From contig OX597814.1 of the NCBI GenBank assembly GCA_951406725.2, positions 45,570,001 to 45,634,000 on the forward strand: a stretch of DNA of 64,000 nucleotides, given 5' to 3'. A program made the translations under genes and the position numbers. Source of the stretch: Octopus vulgaris (taxonomy: Eukaryota). Below the pieces are notes generated by a model that had not been told where the DNA came from, ran no database searches, and saw only the letters and a list, made by a program, of their open reading frames with translations. Below, piece by piece: positions 34,701-49,700 of the stretch (positions within the stretch are counted from its first letter, which is position 1; the number at the start of each line of letters is the position of its first letter).

Positions 34701-37700
34701 AAGATAAACCTCTATACCTGGCTTTCATTGACATGGAGAAAGCTTTTCGCAGGGTCCCCTGATCTCTTATCTGGTGGTCAATGTAGAAACTAGGGATACA
34801 TGAGTGGTTAGTGAGAGCTGCACAAGCCATGTACAGGAATGCAACGAATATAGTAAAGAATTCCGGGTAGGGGTCCACCAAGGATCAATTCTAAGCCCCC
34901 TCTTATTCATCATAGTCCTCCAGGCAATAACAGAGGAATTCAAGACAGGATGCCCCTGGGAGCTTCTCTATGCTGATGACCTTGCTCTAATACCTGAGTC
35001 ACTATTAGAACCAGGAGAGAAGTTTCAGATGTGGAAGCAAGGTCTAGAATCGAAGGGCCTTAGAGTCAATCTAGCAAAAACCAAAATCTTAAAAAGTAGG
35101 AAGGCAGATAAATCACAAATCCCTTCAGGTAGATGGCCTTGCTCGATCTGTAGAAAAGATGTAGGTAGAAACTCCATAAGATGTACCCAGTGTAAGCTAT
35201 GTTCACATAAGAGGTGCAGCAATATAAAAGGAAGGCTAATTGGGAAGATAGTTTCCGTGTGTGGCAAATGCTCAGGGGCAATAAACTGAAAATATGCAGA
35301 AAACAGCTTCCGTTGTATGCCAGGAGGTAAAACTAGAAGTAGTTAATAGCTTCCGTTACCTAGGTGACCATGACAGTAGTGGGGATGGATGCTCTGAGAG
35401 TGTAGCTGCTAGAATAAGAATAGCCTGAGCAAAGTTCAGAGAGCTCCTACATCCTACATAGGGCCTCTTGCTCAGAGTAAAAGGTAGACTGTATGACGCA
35501 GCAAACAGCTGTGCTACATGGCAGTGAAACATGGGCCGTGGCTGCTGGGGACATGCAAAAGCTTGCAAGAAATGAAGCTAGTATGCTCTACTAGATGTGT
35601 AATGTCAGTGTGCATACACGACAGAGTGTAAGCATCCTGAGAGAAAAGCTGGACATAAAAAGCATTAGATGTGGTGTGTAAGAGAGACGACTGCGCTGGT
35701 ATGGTCATGTATTGCATATGGATGAGGGCAGCTGTGTGAAAAAGTGCCACACCCTAGGAGTAGAGGGAACTTTTGGAAGAGGTAGGCCCAGGAAGACCTG
35801 GGATGATATGGTGAAGCATGACCTTTGAACCAGCTGTAAACAAAATTATATGCAATTTGTTTCTAAAGTAAGCTAAAAGTAACGGCTATCAAATGTCAAA
35901 AGGGAAAAATTTTAACATTGACAAAAACCATTCAAAAAAATTGTAACTATCTATTTGTGAAAAACGAAATTACTTTCTTCCAACCCAATATATATATATA
36001 TATATATCTATATATAAACAGTCTTGTCTGTGTGTCTCAAGTTGGTTGTACCCATCTACTCAATAAATAGTGATATAATCAATTTAAAACCATCAAAGTT
36101 AGCGCCCCAGTTTGGTCATATTCCAAATATTGGAACAAGTAAAAGAATAAAAGAATCTCTCCTAGACTGTCCTATATAGGAATATGCATCTTTTAAACTT
36201 GAAATTAATGAAAATGTTACTTACTCAAAGATTTTGCACATGGCATCCAATTCTTCAATTTTAGCACACTTTAATTCAAGCTTTTTCTTCAATGTCTGAA
36301 TTGCTAGCAGGCTTTTCTTCTTATACTAAACGTTCATACAATAATGAAAAAAATAGATATCAAAATAACTTTTATGCTACTAGTATAGAACAATTGTCTA
36401 GATTATGTCAGTAGGACTTCACAAAAAAATATTATAGCAAAAGAACGACAAATGATAACTTGGACTATATTGATTGCTTCTAAAACCAAATTTATCAGGT
36501 TTTTTTAATACAAATTTAATATTAAATTGAAAGCTATAAAAAAAACCTACAATAGTCATTATCATCATCGTTTAACATCTGTTTTCCATGCTGGCATGGG
36601 TTGGATGGTTTGACTGAGGTCTGGAGAATCAGTGGCTACACAAGGCTCCAATCTGATCTGGCAATGTTTCTACAGCTGGATGCCCTTCCTAATGCCAACC
36701 ACTCCGAGAGTGTAGTGGGTGCTTTTTACGTGCCACCAGTTAGGCAGTCCTGGCATCGATCACATTCAGATAGTGCTTTTTATGTGCCACTGGCATAGGC
36801 CATGTTCAGATGATGCTTTTTATGTGCCACTGGCACGGGAGCCAGTCAGGCGGAACTGGCATTGACCACGTTTGGATGGTGCTTTTTATGTGCCACTGGC
36901 ACACGAGCCAGTCAGGGGGCACTGACCATAGCTACGATATTGGTTTTACTTGACTCAACAGGTCTTCTTCAGTTTATCATATCGCCTGACACATCAGGGG
37001 TACTCTTAACTGGGTTGGACATGCATGGCTGCAATCTCACTTTTGTTGCCAGGTCTTCTCAATCACAGCATGTCTCCAAAGGTCTTGGTCTCCTGTCATT
37101 GCTTCTGTGGAGCCCAATGTTTGAAGATCATACTTCACCACCACATCTCAGGTATTTCTGGGTCTACCTCTTCCGCAGGTTCCTTTCAGTTAGGGGGTGG
37201 CATTTCCTCACAGAGCTGTCCTCAACCATATGTAACACATGACCATACCAGTGCAGTCATCTCTCTTGCACACCACATCTGATGCTTCTTATGCCTAACT
37301 TTTCTTTCAGGGCCTAATTACAAATCATGTGTTTTCAATTGTTTATTCAACTGAACTACCAAACTTATGTCAGTGGCTGAGTATTCCAGAAACATGTATT
37401 CTTAACATGGGTGGAAGCAGTGTGACAGTATAACACTGAATTACAGCCACAATCCATTTGATAGGCTTCTAAACAGTTTCCATCAACCGATTTCACTCAA
37501 AAGGTATGGGTCAACCCAAGGATACAGTAAAAGACATGTGTCACATGCAAGGGATTGAGTGCTAGGTTTTGTAAATGAGAAGCAAACTTTTTAATTTGGT
37601 GCAGGTATAAAAAATAATATAATAATGAAATTTTTGTATACAGTGCTCAGGTGCACCACAACTTGTCAGAGTATATGCAGTAATGTACAAATGTCTGGAA

Positions 37701-40700
37701 AGCGAACAATGTATGAGTCTGATACATGCTTGTGTGTGTATGGAGGGGAGAAAATCAGGTGTACTGTTGGCGAATCTCAGAAAGCATGGAAGTTTTGAAG
37801 GATGCAGTGCTCCGACAACTAACAACTGATGCTGGCAGTTTGATCCATGCTTCAGCAACTCTCAGCGTGAAAAAATGTTTCCAAAAGTCATGGGAGCTGT
37901 GCTGTTTTCTGACTTTGTAAATATGTCCACGGGTGTTAGATGGGTGGAGTTTGAAAAGGTGCTCAGAGTTATTGTTTGTACGATGGTTGATAATTTTATG
38001 GGTGTCTGCCAAGTCAGCTGCCAGACGGAGTTTCAATGTGTCCATGCCCAGGGAAGTAAGGTGTTAGGATATGGCAAATGCCTGATGGAGGGTATTCTTT
38101 TCATTGCACGTCGCTGAACGGCTTCCAGACGATTGATATCTTGGGCAAGATAGGGGTTCCAGACCGGTGATGCAAATTCCAGGTGAGGTCTTACCATAGT
38201 TATATAAAGCCGCAGATAGATAGTTGGAAAGCGGCTCACAAAGGATTTGGTGAGTGATGCCAAGACACCCTCAGCCTTCTTGACAATTTTAACGATTTGT
38301 TTTGTCCAATGCAAATCAGTCAACAATAACACCCAGGTCACGTTCACATGAGTTGATTTAGAATTTACTTTATATCTACATTTTTGGCTCATACTATTGA
38401 AACAATTTTTATTATTTTGTAATAAGGTACAGGTATGGTTGCATAGGTTTAATCTTTTAGCATTTAAACCAGCCACATCAGGCCCAAATATTCTACATGT
38501 TTTCTGCTTAAACCGATCATCTCTGGCCTTTTTATACCTACCCTACAATATCATTTTCAAAAATAAACAATCACATCGTTGAAATCTTAGTTATGAGATA
38601 ATGCATGATTAATAGAAAAAAATATGAATAAAAAAATGTTACATTTGACTGAGTAATATAACATAGCCAGTCTTAGACTTCTCTGTGATGGTATGTAAAA
38701 CTATAATGAATACAAGGTGACTAAGGACTAAACCTTGATGGACTCCTACCTTCATGCTAAATTTGTCAATGAAATTGTTGTTCTCCTTTACTTATTGCAT
38801 CTTTGTAGATAGCTAGCATAGCCTTCACAAGCCATTCATCTATAGCTAGTTACCTTAATAACTACCAAGTTACTGGGCATGGTACCCAGTCAAATGCCTT
38901 CTCCACAACAGTGAATGCCAAGAACAGTGGTTTACTCTTGTTCTACTATAATTATGAACAAACTGGTCTTTCCCTCTCTTGCTCTCATTCTTGATTACTC
39001 TCTCACTCTTCCTCTGACTGGAGCAACCATGTATCACCTCTACAGCAAAACACCTATTTTTGTGCCTCTGTCACACTAACATCTCATTACCTGGTACAAG
39101 GCCACCTCCTACAATACCTGCCCCGCAAAGAAGTTTTGTCTTGCAAGTTACTAGGTGATCTTGTCAGTACTAGTACAACATGAAAAACATCCAGTTGTAA
39201 AAACTGTGTCAAAGCAGACATTACCTGTGCTGATGCCATGTAAAAAGCACCCAGATCACTCTGTAAAGTGGATGGCATTACGGAGGGCATCCAACCATAA
39301 AAATCATGCCAAAACAGACAATGAAATCTAGTGCAGTCTTCTGACTAACCAGCTCCTGTCAAACCATTCAACTTATGCCAGCATAGAAAATGGACATTAG
39401 ATGATGATCATGATGATGCAATGAAACAGAATTGTAGAGAACATTTCAGATTCCAATAAAAACAATCTTTTCAAACTTACTTTTTCATGAATACTGGCAG
39501 CAGCTGACAGTCTCTCAAAATTAATCTTACATTTTTTCTCGAGTTCTTCATTTCGTTTTTCTATACGTTCCAGATTTTCTTTCCACATATGCTTTTGCTT
39601 GTGTAGCTGTTCTTCAGTCTGTTGGTCATTTTTCTTTGTTGTTTCCTCAATACGCTTCACTTCAGATCGGTATTTTTCAACCGAACTCCGTAAACGCTGG
39701 CACTTGTCTGACATATTATGTTCTTCTAAATGTAAATGATTGATTTCAGCTTGCAAAGAATTTACTTGACTGCGCAGAGCCCGATTATCAGATCTTTCCT
39801 GCTCTAATTCATCTTTCACAGAACGTTCATGATCTACTTTAGCCCTTAAAAAAGAAATAGTAGTTGAAGAATTAAGAGAAATATAGTTAGAGACACTCAC
39901 ATGTCACTTCAGAAAAAAAAAATCAAAATCAGACTTAAAAAGTACATAATCAATTAATTTAACATTCAATAAATGTAAAAAATATTTACATGTGAATATA
40001 TTTCCTATCATTAACCACCCAGGTAAGTGTGTGTGTATCATTGTTTTAATGTCGACTTTTCCATGATTGCATGGGTTGGATGGAGTTTTAGTGAGGCAGC
40101 TTTTCGGTGGTTGGATGCTTTTCGTGTCACTAACCCTCATTTCCAAGCAAGGTATTATTTCCCATGGCCAGGTATTTTCTTGCAGAATATTGGAAATCAA
40201 TGCCGCTGCTTGTATGACAGTGACAATCATTTTACAACTATCATGCAATGTCAAGACAAGGAAGCATAAATATAGTCACACTTAAACTCAAATGCGTACA
40301 CATGATGGGCTTCTTTCATCTTCCTACATTTAAATCAACTCACAAGGCTTTGGACAGCCAATAGCTATAGTAGACAACACTTTGCCAACATACCTTGCAG
40401 GGGAATTGAACTCAAAATCATGTGGTTGGAAAGCAAACTTCATGACTCTGGGGCTCTCACTTTGTCAAAATTAAACTGTGATTAAAGTTTGATTAAAATT
40501 TCAACATTTTACTAAATTTCAATGTGTTTAAATTTCAAATTCAATTTTTGAAATGTTTTTAATATGATATTTTACTATGAACAATTTCAGTTTCAGAAGG
40601 TGGCTTACTTTTATCAATTTTGAAACAGAAAACTACCTGGGGCTTTCACCTAATTGCTTCTCAACTTGAAGACTATCAATAACAGTTTTGATTGATAACA

Positions 40701-43700
40701 TATTCTATTAACTTCCTAACCAGCATTTTATTTTTAAAACAAATGTTTGAATCTAATAACAGGTGCCTTTAATTTTATCAATAATAAACAAGGAAGAATA
40801 CAAGTGTTCAGCAAATGGAAAATATGAATCCTACTGAATATTATAAAATGGTTTCTTTTCGTAAATATATACAAATAATAAGAAATAAAACTTTAGATAG
40901 TTACTTTAGTATCAAAAGTTCTTTCTCAACAAGATTTTTGGAATCCGTAACATCTTTTATCTTGTCTTCCAAAATATCTTTCTCAGCTTGCCATACATTA
41001 ATTTGATCTGAATTTTGCCTTTGTAATTCTTGGAGCTGAGCTTCAAGTTCAAGCCTTTTCAAAGATATCAAAGACAGAAAAGTTGACATGAAAAAAAAAG
41101 GATAAAAAAAAGTTATAAAACAAACAAGTTTAGGGTTGGCTATTTATCAGTTGGAACTTCAATAAAAGAATTATGTTTTAACAACAATAACTGATACACT
41201 TGGGGGTCATTTAGAATCAAATCTTTTCTTCTTTTGCCTATTTGTAACTGGTAGCCTGTAACTGGTAGATCATTTTATTTTTAATGTAAAGTAGCACAAC
41301 TTTTCTTTCTGCCCATAAAAGACAGATTTGCAATGATCACAGCATGATTGGAGTCATTTAAACATTCCTTGATAGTAACGCTGAGAACAGCTTCAGGAGT
41401 AGTGATGAATAGCAGATCCAAAGTGTTGTTACCTCTTGTGGTGGGAAGTGACTGCTAGGAACCAGTTTGAATCCAAGTCAAGGAACTCAAGCACTATGTG
41501 ACCAATAAAAGATTTCCCAATTTATCTGTGGGTAATTGAAATTTCCAGTGATGAAAAGATGGGTGGCTGTTTTCCTAGATGCAGCCCTGAGGATGTCAGA
41601 TAGCTGTGTGTCTTGATGGAAGTCTGGATTACAGTAAACAACTCCAAGTAGAAGTGTCGGTGCACTTATATGAATGCTGCAGAAAAATACCTCTTAGTTC
41701 AAATTGTTTCCAGAAATTGCTGTAAAGCAACTCATGTGAACATACCATCCCCACGATGGTTAAAGGTCACACCATCCCCATGATGATTAAAGAGGTCTTA
41801 GAGAAACAAGTTATAGTCAGCTTATGCTAAGAATACCATCACAGAGTAAAGAATGTGCCCATGTTTCTGTAACTGTAATGAAATTAAGGTCAATAATTTA
41901 AATGTAATCATCAACAAAGTGGACTTTGTTGCATAAATATTGGTCATTTAAAGACAGTAATTTATAATTGAATTTGAGCCTATCATGATTCATAAGGGAT
42001 GGAGTATTATTTTCTTAGTCTCTCTTACTATGTGTACATGTATATAAAAGTCATAGTTTAACATCCACTTTTCCATGCTTGCATAGGTCTGATGAAAACT
42101 TGAGGTAGATTTTCTATGTCTAAATGCTTTTTCTGATACCAAATTTCATCTGTTTCCAAGTAAGGTAATATTCCCAATAGTCTTTTCAACAACAAGCAGC
42201 TTAATGACTGGACATGTTTTGACAAAAGATTGCAAACAAAAGATCTCAGAATAATCTGAACAAGAGTGTGTGTGTGTGTGTGTGTTAGAAATTTGTTTCA
42301 CAACCATGTTTTGGGTTCAGTTCTACTGCATGGCACTTTGAGCAACTATCTTCTACCCTAGTCCTGGGTCAAAAAAGTGCTTTGTGAGTGTATATGTATG
42401 AGAGCATAGATGTGTATATGTTTGGTTTTTCTCTTCTCTTGACAATTGCAAGCTGATTATAAATAAATAAAATCACCATGATTATGAAACAAACTTTTTA
42501 CACACACACACACACTTTCTCTCTCTCTCTTGTTCAGATTATTCTGAGATCTTGATTCATAATATTATTAATAGTAATCATCTGACAAGAAGGAAAAGAA
42601 AATGTCTCCTGAGCTAATAGGGCTCTTAAAAAATTCAGCTTATTTTCATAGCATTAAGGAAAAGTAGGTGTGAGAGATAAAGTAGATGAGAGATAAATTG
42701 GCTAGGATATCCTGCCACCTCAGATGACATTCTCAGATGAGGTATTAATGATATTTAGAATTAAGCAGGCTACTCAAATAAAGAAATATCAACTGTAGCT
42801 TTGAATTCAAGACCTACAGGTTGGTTGTTCAGTGTCATATTTATCCTGTCTCTTCTACAGTCAAATCCACCTCATATCTAGTACAGTATTTACCTTGACA
42901 TTTCCAAATAAGAGAGGTCCATCAATAGGTAATTAATAAATAACAAACATTCATTATTTGACTTGGAATGGGTGATCAACTTTGCTGACTAAAGTGATGG
43001 GAAATCAGAATTATGAACATTCAAACTTTTCCCAAAGGTTTAGTAGATTAAGTGAAATAGATATGAGTGCAAATTAAACAGGGTCACAGATTCAGTTTGC
43101 TGGTGCCTTTCAACCTGTGCTTTAAGTCTTGTCAAATAGAACAAAAAAATTATCCCTTTAGGATTCAGATTACTCCTGTCAAATGTAATGCTTATTTATT
43201 TACATTGTTTTGAATTAATCATGTATTATCCTATAGCATCAAGATGATGATGTGATTATTTATGTTTAGAATGACATTGTAGGGTTGATGTGAGAGGCTG
43301 CATATGGCCAGTTTGAACATAAAACAGATAGACTATTTGAGCCTGATATGGCTGGTTTAAATGCCAAAGGGTTATACTAATATTCCAGGTCAAATAATGA
43401 ATATAAAAATAATCTCACTTTTCATTTTCAACTTCATTTAGTTTCTGTATCTCTTTCTCTTTGGCAAGCTGAACTTGTCTGGTCATTTCTTTCTTTTTGT
43501 CCATTAAGTTTTGAGAATGTTGCCTATTTGCCTGTTCTGATACATCCAGCTGAACTTTTAGATCTGAAATAAAAATGATCAAAGAAAAATAAAAGTTGTT
43601 TCATTTTGTATTTAACTAATGAAGTATTGTAGTTAATCTATATAAAAATGTCACAGTTTTTCTAAGCAGCCAAGTTAAGCTTTGTTTTTTTTTAATAGTG

Positions 43701-46700
43701 CAACTTTTAAATTTAACCTAAATTCTAAAAAAAAAGGAAAGGACTAGAAACCACATGGCAGCAATGGCCTCCTCCTCCTCCTCACTTTTTTTAGCATCTA
43801 CCTTTCTATGTTTATACAGGCTGGATGAAGTTTGCTTTGTGCAACCACACGATTTCAGACTCAGTCCCTTGGGCATGTGTCTTATACTATAGTCCTGGCT
43901 CAACCACTGCCTTGTGAGTGAATTTAATAAATGGAAATGAAAGGAAATTTGCTGTGTGAAAATATGCATGAATGTTCACATCGCACGGTTTTGTTTAAGT
44001 GAAACAATGAATGATAATTCCTTACTTCAGAAACATTGAGCATGCTTTGGCAAGCTTATGGCGATGAGGTAATGGGTCGTCATACACAATATTTTGAGTG
44101 GCACTAGCACTTCAAAATCAGAAGAACATCCCTGGAAGATGATGAGTGAACTGGAAGACCTGTCACGAGCATCACCCCCTGGAAATATGGAGGAAATTCA
44201 TCAGCTTGTTTATGAGGATACTTGGAGGACAATGAATGACATTGTTGATGCTGTTAGTCTATTGTATGTGTCTGTGCAGGCAATTGTAATGTCTGAATTG
44301 AACATGCAGCATGTCTTTGCCAAATTTGTCCACTGAGCAGAAAGAACATCATGTTGAAAACTGTCAAGATCTCTGTCAGCATACTGCTGACGACCCATCC
44401 TTCATGTCGAGGATCATCACCAGTGATGAGAGTTGGGTATATGGGAACGACCTGGAGCTGAAGCAGCAGTCATCACAATAGAAGAGCCCTTCATGTCCAT
44501 GACTGAAAAAGGCACAACAGAATCACAGCTCAATCAAGAGCACAGTCATCATTGTTTTTTTTTTTTATATCTGCAGTACTGAGCATTGAGAATTCATCCC
44601 CCAGGACCAGACCATCATTTGGGAGTTCTACTGTGATGTCTTGAAGCTTCAGAGGAAAGACATTCGGTGAAAGCGACTGATTCTGTGGGGCGCAAAGAAT
44701 TGGATTCTTCACAATGACAATGCACCCTGTCATTGAGCTTTCCTCACTTGTGAGTTTCTTACCAAAAGCAACAGGGTATCGCTTCTGCACCTGCTCTATT
44801 CACCAGATTTAGCACCTGCAGGCTTCCTTCTCTTCCCTAAGATGAAAAGGCAGCTCAAAGGTCACTGTTTTAACACTGTTGTCAAGATCCAGAGTGAGTT
44901 GCAGAAGGTCCTTGACTCACTTACAGAAAACAAATTCCAGGCCGGATTCCAAAATTGGCAGGAATGCTGGGATCGGTGCATTGCTGCACAAGGTGACTAT
45001 TTCAAAGGAGAAGATGTTATGGGGACATAAACAAACCAACACTAGTTGTCAGGCACAGTGGAGTGGAAGGTAGAAACACACACACATGTATATATGACTG
45101 GCTTTCACATAGTTTCTGCCTACCAAATTCTCTCACAAGGCATTGGCTGGCCTGAGACTATAACAGAACTTGCCCAAGTGGCCCTGAACCTAAGACCACA
45201 TGGTTGCAAAGTAAGCTTCTAAACCTATGATTTACATTTAAAAGTAAATGAAATAAAAATTTCACTGAGATACCTTCAATGGTGTTTTGTAATTTGTCAC
45301 GTTCCCGTTGCACATCACCTATCTGTCGTGTCAAATCTAGCTTAAGTTCACCCATTTCTAACTTATGCTGTTGAATATATTGTTCAAGCTTTGTCTTGAG
45401 GTTCATGTTGTCTTGTTCCAGTTCATGTTTTTGGTTTGACACCTTTGTTTGTTGGATCTCACATTCATACATTTCCTCATGGAATTTCTGAATTTCCTTT
45501 GTGAGCATTTCTTTTTCAACCTAAAAGAAAAGAAAAATTTACCTTGAACTAATTTTTAAAAAAATTTTTATTATTGATGTCTTCACTTGCTCCTTGGAAA
45601 TGACCAAGGACCATTGAAGACATCAAAAATAGAAATTTTATATTGAAGTGAGTTGAATATCCAACATGCCAAGAACTAAATCACAACAATATTGATCAGT
45701 TTCAAATTATACTCTTCTTGGCCAAAAAGCAATATATAGCAGACATATAAGAAAAAAATAAACAAAAATTAATGAAAGTAATTCAATGCTAGTGTACTTA
45801 TTTTAGTTTGATGAAATCCTAAGTTAATAACAGTGGAATTTGAACTCAAAACCAAGAAGGAAAATGAAAAGCTTTAGTACTCATAATTTTCCAAAATAAG
45901 AGGTGTTCCTGATTGGGAATCAGAAGTATGAAGTCGTTGGGATATGAAATTGTAACTTTGCTCAGGTATACTTGAGTAGACCAATAACATATCCATAGTG
46001 GTGCTTTAATGTTGAGCCATCCCATATTTTGGGGTAAGATTTAGGACTTAAAATATGTTCACATTTTGAAAACAGTAGAGAGTTTACAGGAGAGGGATAA
46101 GGTTATTACAATGAATAAGTAAAATGATTCTGTAGTTACTTCTGTGTTGTGAAAACTCAAAATTTTATTTAAAATGATAAAGTTCTAGTGCTCACCAGAG
46201 TGACTCTTTAGCATGAGGCCTTTCAAAAAAGAAAAATAGAAATTCATGTTTCCTAGATGTCATTAATATAAAACTCAAAATGAATGTGACAATGGGAAAG
46301 GCATTGATCGTGATGGTGATGATGGAAGGGTAGTGATGATGACAAGAGATGAAGAGGTTCAAATGTTTTTACTATCCCTCTGTTGCATTTACCATCACTA
46401 AAGAGCAAGTGAAAGCAATTCTTTTCAGCTCAATAACACTAACAAGCTTCTTACTTGAAAGTAGTATCTGCTGACAAATGACCTATTGCTAAAGTTTACA
46501 ATGTTGAGTGAGAGTCTGGAGCTGACACATTAATAGCAAAGTGGAGTACAAGTGAACGAAAGAGGCAACTGAGTATTAAAGTCATTCATTTGCTGAAATA
46601 TTTACAATATTTGTGCTGCATGAAAAGAACCTTGTGTTGATAATGGAACAAATTATCAACCAAGTTATGGCCATGTCACAAGATGTGTGAGTTTCACAAG

Positions 46701-49700
46701 AGTAAGAAAAGTAGAGATATGCTGTAATGCAGACTCATACGAATAACGAAACAAGATCACCATATATTTACATATATATTTAAATATACCAACTAACCAG
46801 AGGTAATTTGGATATCACTAAAGCCAGTAATCTTAACAACCTTAGAGGGTACATAGTGGAGGGCAAAAAAGTAGTTAGGACTCCCAAATTCACCATGATG
46901 TGAATGATTATGATGATGATTGTGATCTAAGTAAGATAACTTATTTTATTTAGTTAATAATCAAATAAAATTATCAGAATATAAATATTAGAATATTTAA
47001 AAATTGGGAAATTTCTACAAGATTATTTTCAAATTTAAATTTTAAACTGATAAAACTGAGATTTTTTTCAAAGACAAAAAAAAAAACTTAGTTGAGTTTC
47101 AATATCAGTTTTAATTTTAAAATATTTTCAGTTTCATCTCCAACCTAATTTCAAATTTAGGAAAAAAAAACTTTCCATTTTTGATATTTACAACTAGAAT
47201 GAAATAAAAGTAATAACAAAAGCCTCTAAGTGCCGTATTATTAGAATTTCTAACTGTTTGAACTTAATAATAGAAAAGATAACTACTTACTTCAATTTTT
47301 TTCAAGTTGGCACTCTGCTCCACTTCATTTTTTGCTAACAATCGTGATACTCTATCAATCTCAAGGGAAGATTTTTCACGAAGAGCTTGTGCTTCTTCTA
47401 GCCCAGTCAATGCTGATTTCAGTTGTTCTTGCAAAGTCACATTTTCTCTTTTCAATGAAAAAATCTGTTCTGTATCTTTAGAAGACTCAGAATGAAGCTG
47501 AGCAAGAAGACGATCTTTTTCAGCTCTTACGTTGTTCACCTTTTAGGTTAGAAAAGAAATTGATTTTATCGATAAATGTTGTAGGAGTAATTAAAGTGTT
47601 GTAAAGTAATAAAGTGCAAGGAGTTACTAAAAACTGCAGCAGAGTTATTGAAACAAGAGGATGTTTAACTGAGAGAAAAACTTAACATGTGTGATTAAGT
47701 ATTTTAGCTGTCTTATGGTCAAACCAGCCAGATCCAGTCTCTCACACTTACTCAACAAGGTCATTCTAGAAATAAACAATCATAGCATCAGAATCTTGAA
47801 GCTATGAGACAATGCACAATTTATTCAAAATAATGTGAAAAAGCATTACTTTTGACAGAGGAATCAGAATGCTAAGGGTTGAGTTGTAATTAAATGTGAA
47901 ATAGGTGTTATTGTTTGGTTACCACAAAAAGGAAAATATCATCATCATCATCATTGTTCTAATGTTCACTTTTTCTTGCTTGCATGGGTCGGACAGAATT
48001 TTTGTGATGCAGAACTTCTATGGTTAGACATACTTCTTGTTACCAACCCTCACCTGTTTGTAAGCAAGGCAATATTTCCTCATGACCAGATGTCTTCATT
48101 GAAGATTGGAAATGGAGGACACTGTCTATATGACAGTGACACTCATTTACAACAATTAGGTGATGTCAAAACAAGAAGACACAAACAAACATACACAAAC
48201 AGGCTTCTTTTAGTTTCTATCTACCATCACAAAGCTTTGGCTAACCCAGCGCTACTTGCCCAAGGTGCCATACAGTAGAACTGAACCCAGAATCATGCAG
48301 TTGGGAAGTAAGCTTCTTAACCACACAGCTAAGCCTGATGTAAAAATTGATCTTGTTTTCTAGAAGATTTTCAGTTCAATACTACTAACATTGTATTAAA
48401 ATGCCTTGATATGAAACTGCATGAGAAAGCAAGTAGGCATCAGCTTTAGCTGTCCATGTACTAAATAGATATCCATCTTAAATTTAATTGAATAGCTTTC
48501 AAAATTATGAAATAAGCTAACATCAACTTTGAAGTAGGCAGGCAATATGCTAATTTGTTTATATCTGATGCTGTATCTTCTACTTATGTATTTTGAAAAA
48601 GCTTTCATCATCATCATCATTTAATGTCCGTTCTCCATGCTAGCATGGGTTGGACGGTTCGACCGGGGATCTGGGAAGCCAGAAGGCTGCACCAGGCTCC
48701 AGTCTGATCTGGCAGTGTTTCTACAGCTGGATGCCCTTCCTAACGCCAACCACTCCTTGAGTGTAGTGGGTGCTTTTTACGTGCCACCGGCACAGGTGCC
48801 AGGTGAGGCTGGCTCAACGGCCACGATCGGATTGGTGCATTAACCTTTGAGCATTTAGATTATCTCTGTCAAATGTAATGCTTATTTATTCACATTGTGC
48901 TGGTGGCACATAAAAAGCACCTTTCGAGCATTAGGCCTCACAGAGGCAAAGGGCTGAGCTCCTTTCGACAGTGGCAATGACCGAGACTTTTGGCATTATG
49001 TTGTGCTTGAGAAGAAGACCCATCAAGCTGAGCGAAACTGCAGTCATGGCAGATACCAGTGTCATGCAAATGGCACCTGTGCCAGTGGCATGTAAAAGCA
49101 CTCATTGCACTTTCGGAGTGGTTGGCATTAGGAAAACTATTCAGCTGTAGAAACCTTGCTAAATCAGACTGGAGTCTGGTGCAGCTTTCCAGCTTGCCAG
49201 CCCTGGTCAAACCATCCAACCCATGCCAGCATGGACAACAGACATTCAATGATGATGATGATTGTTTTGTATTAATCATGCATTATCTTGTAGCCTCAAG
49301 ATGTTAATGATGTGATCGTTTATTTTTAGAATGACATTGTAGGACAGGTGTGAGAGGCTGGATATGGCTGGTTTGAACATAAAACAGGTAGAATATTTGA
49401 ACCAGATAAGGCTGTTTTAAATACTAAAGGGTCAAAGTGCATTTTGCAGCTAATGAAATGGTATTCATTATATTGTGTCTCTATTCCTTAGTCACTGTAT
49501 TCTCTTTACTGACAAAATATATTCATTTAAAAAAACTCCCAAGGCAAAGGAAAATTCACAATAACAGCATCTCAAATTCTCAAAGTTCGCTATATATTGT
49601 TTCCAAAAAATTTTTGATGAGTGAAGCCTATGTCAGTGAACCAAAACATAATACCCATGTCAAACATGCTCCTCTGACATTTTTTATCATACAAAAATCT

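Noticed and set aside
38345-38476. Extra CEP83 exon from the start of ORF 38033..38476
   Set aside because: The ORF is a chance fusion of a MITE edge, unique DNA and a CR1 fragment. The flanking exons already join in phase.
45262-45273. U12-type intron from the donor GTATCT
   Set aside because: It lacks GTATCCTT, and there is no TCCTTAAC branch site before the 43563 acceptor.
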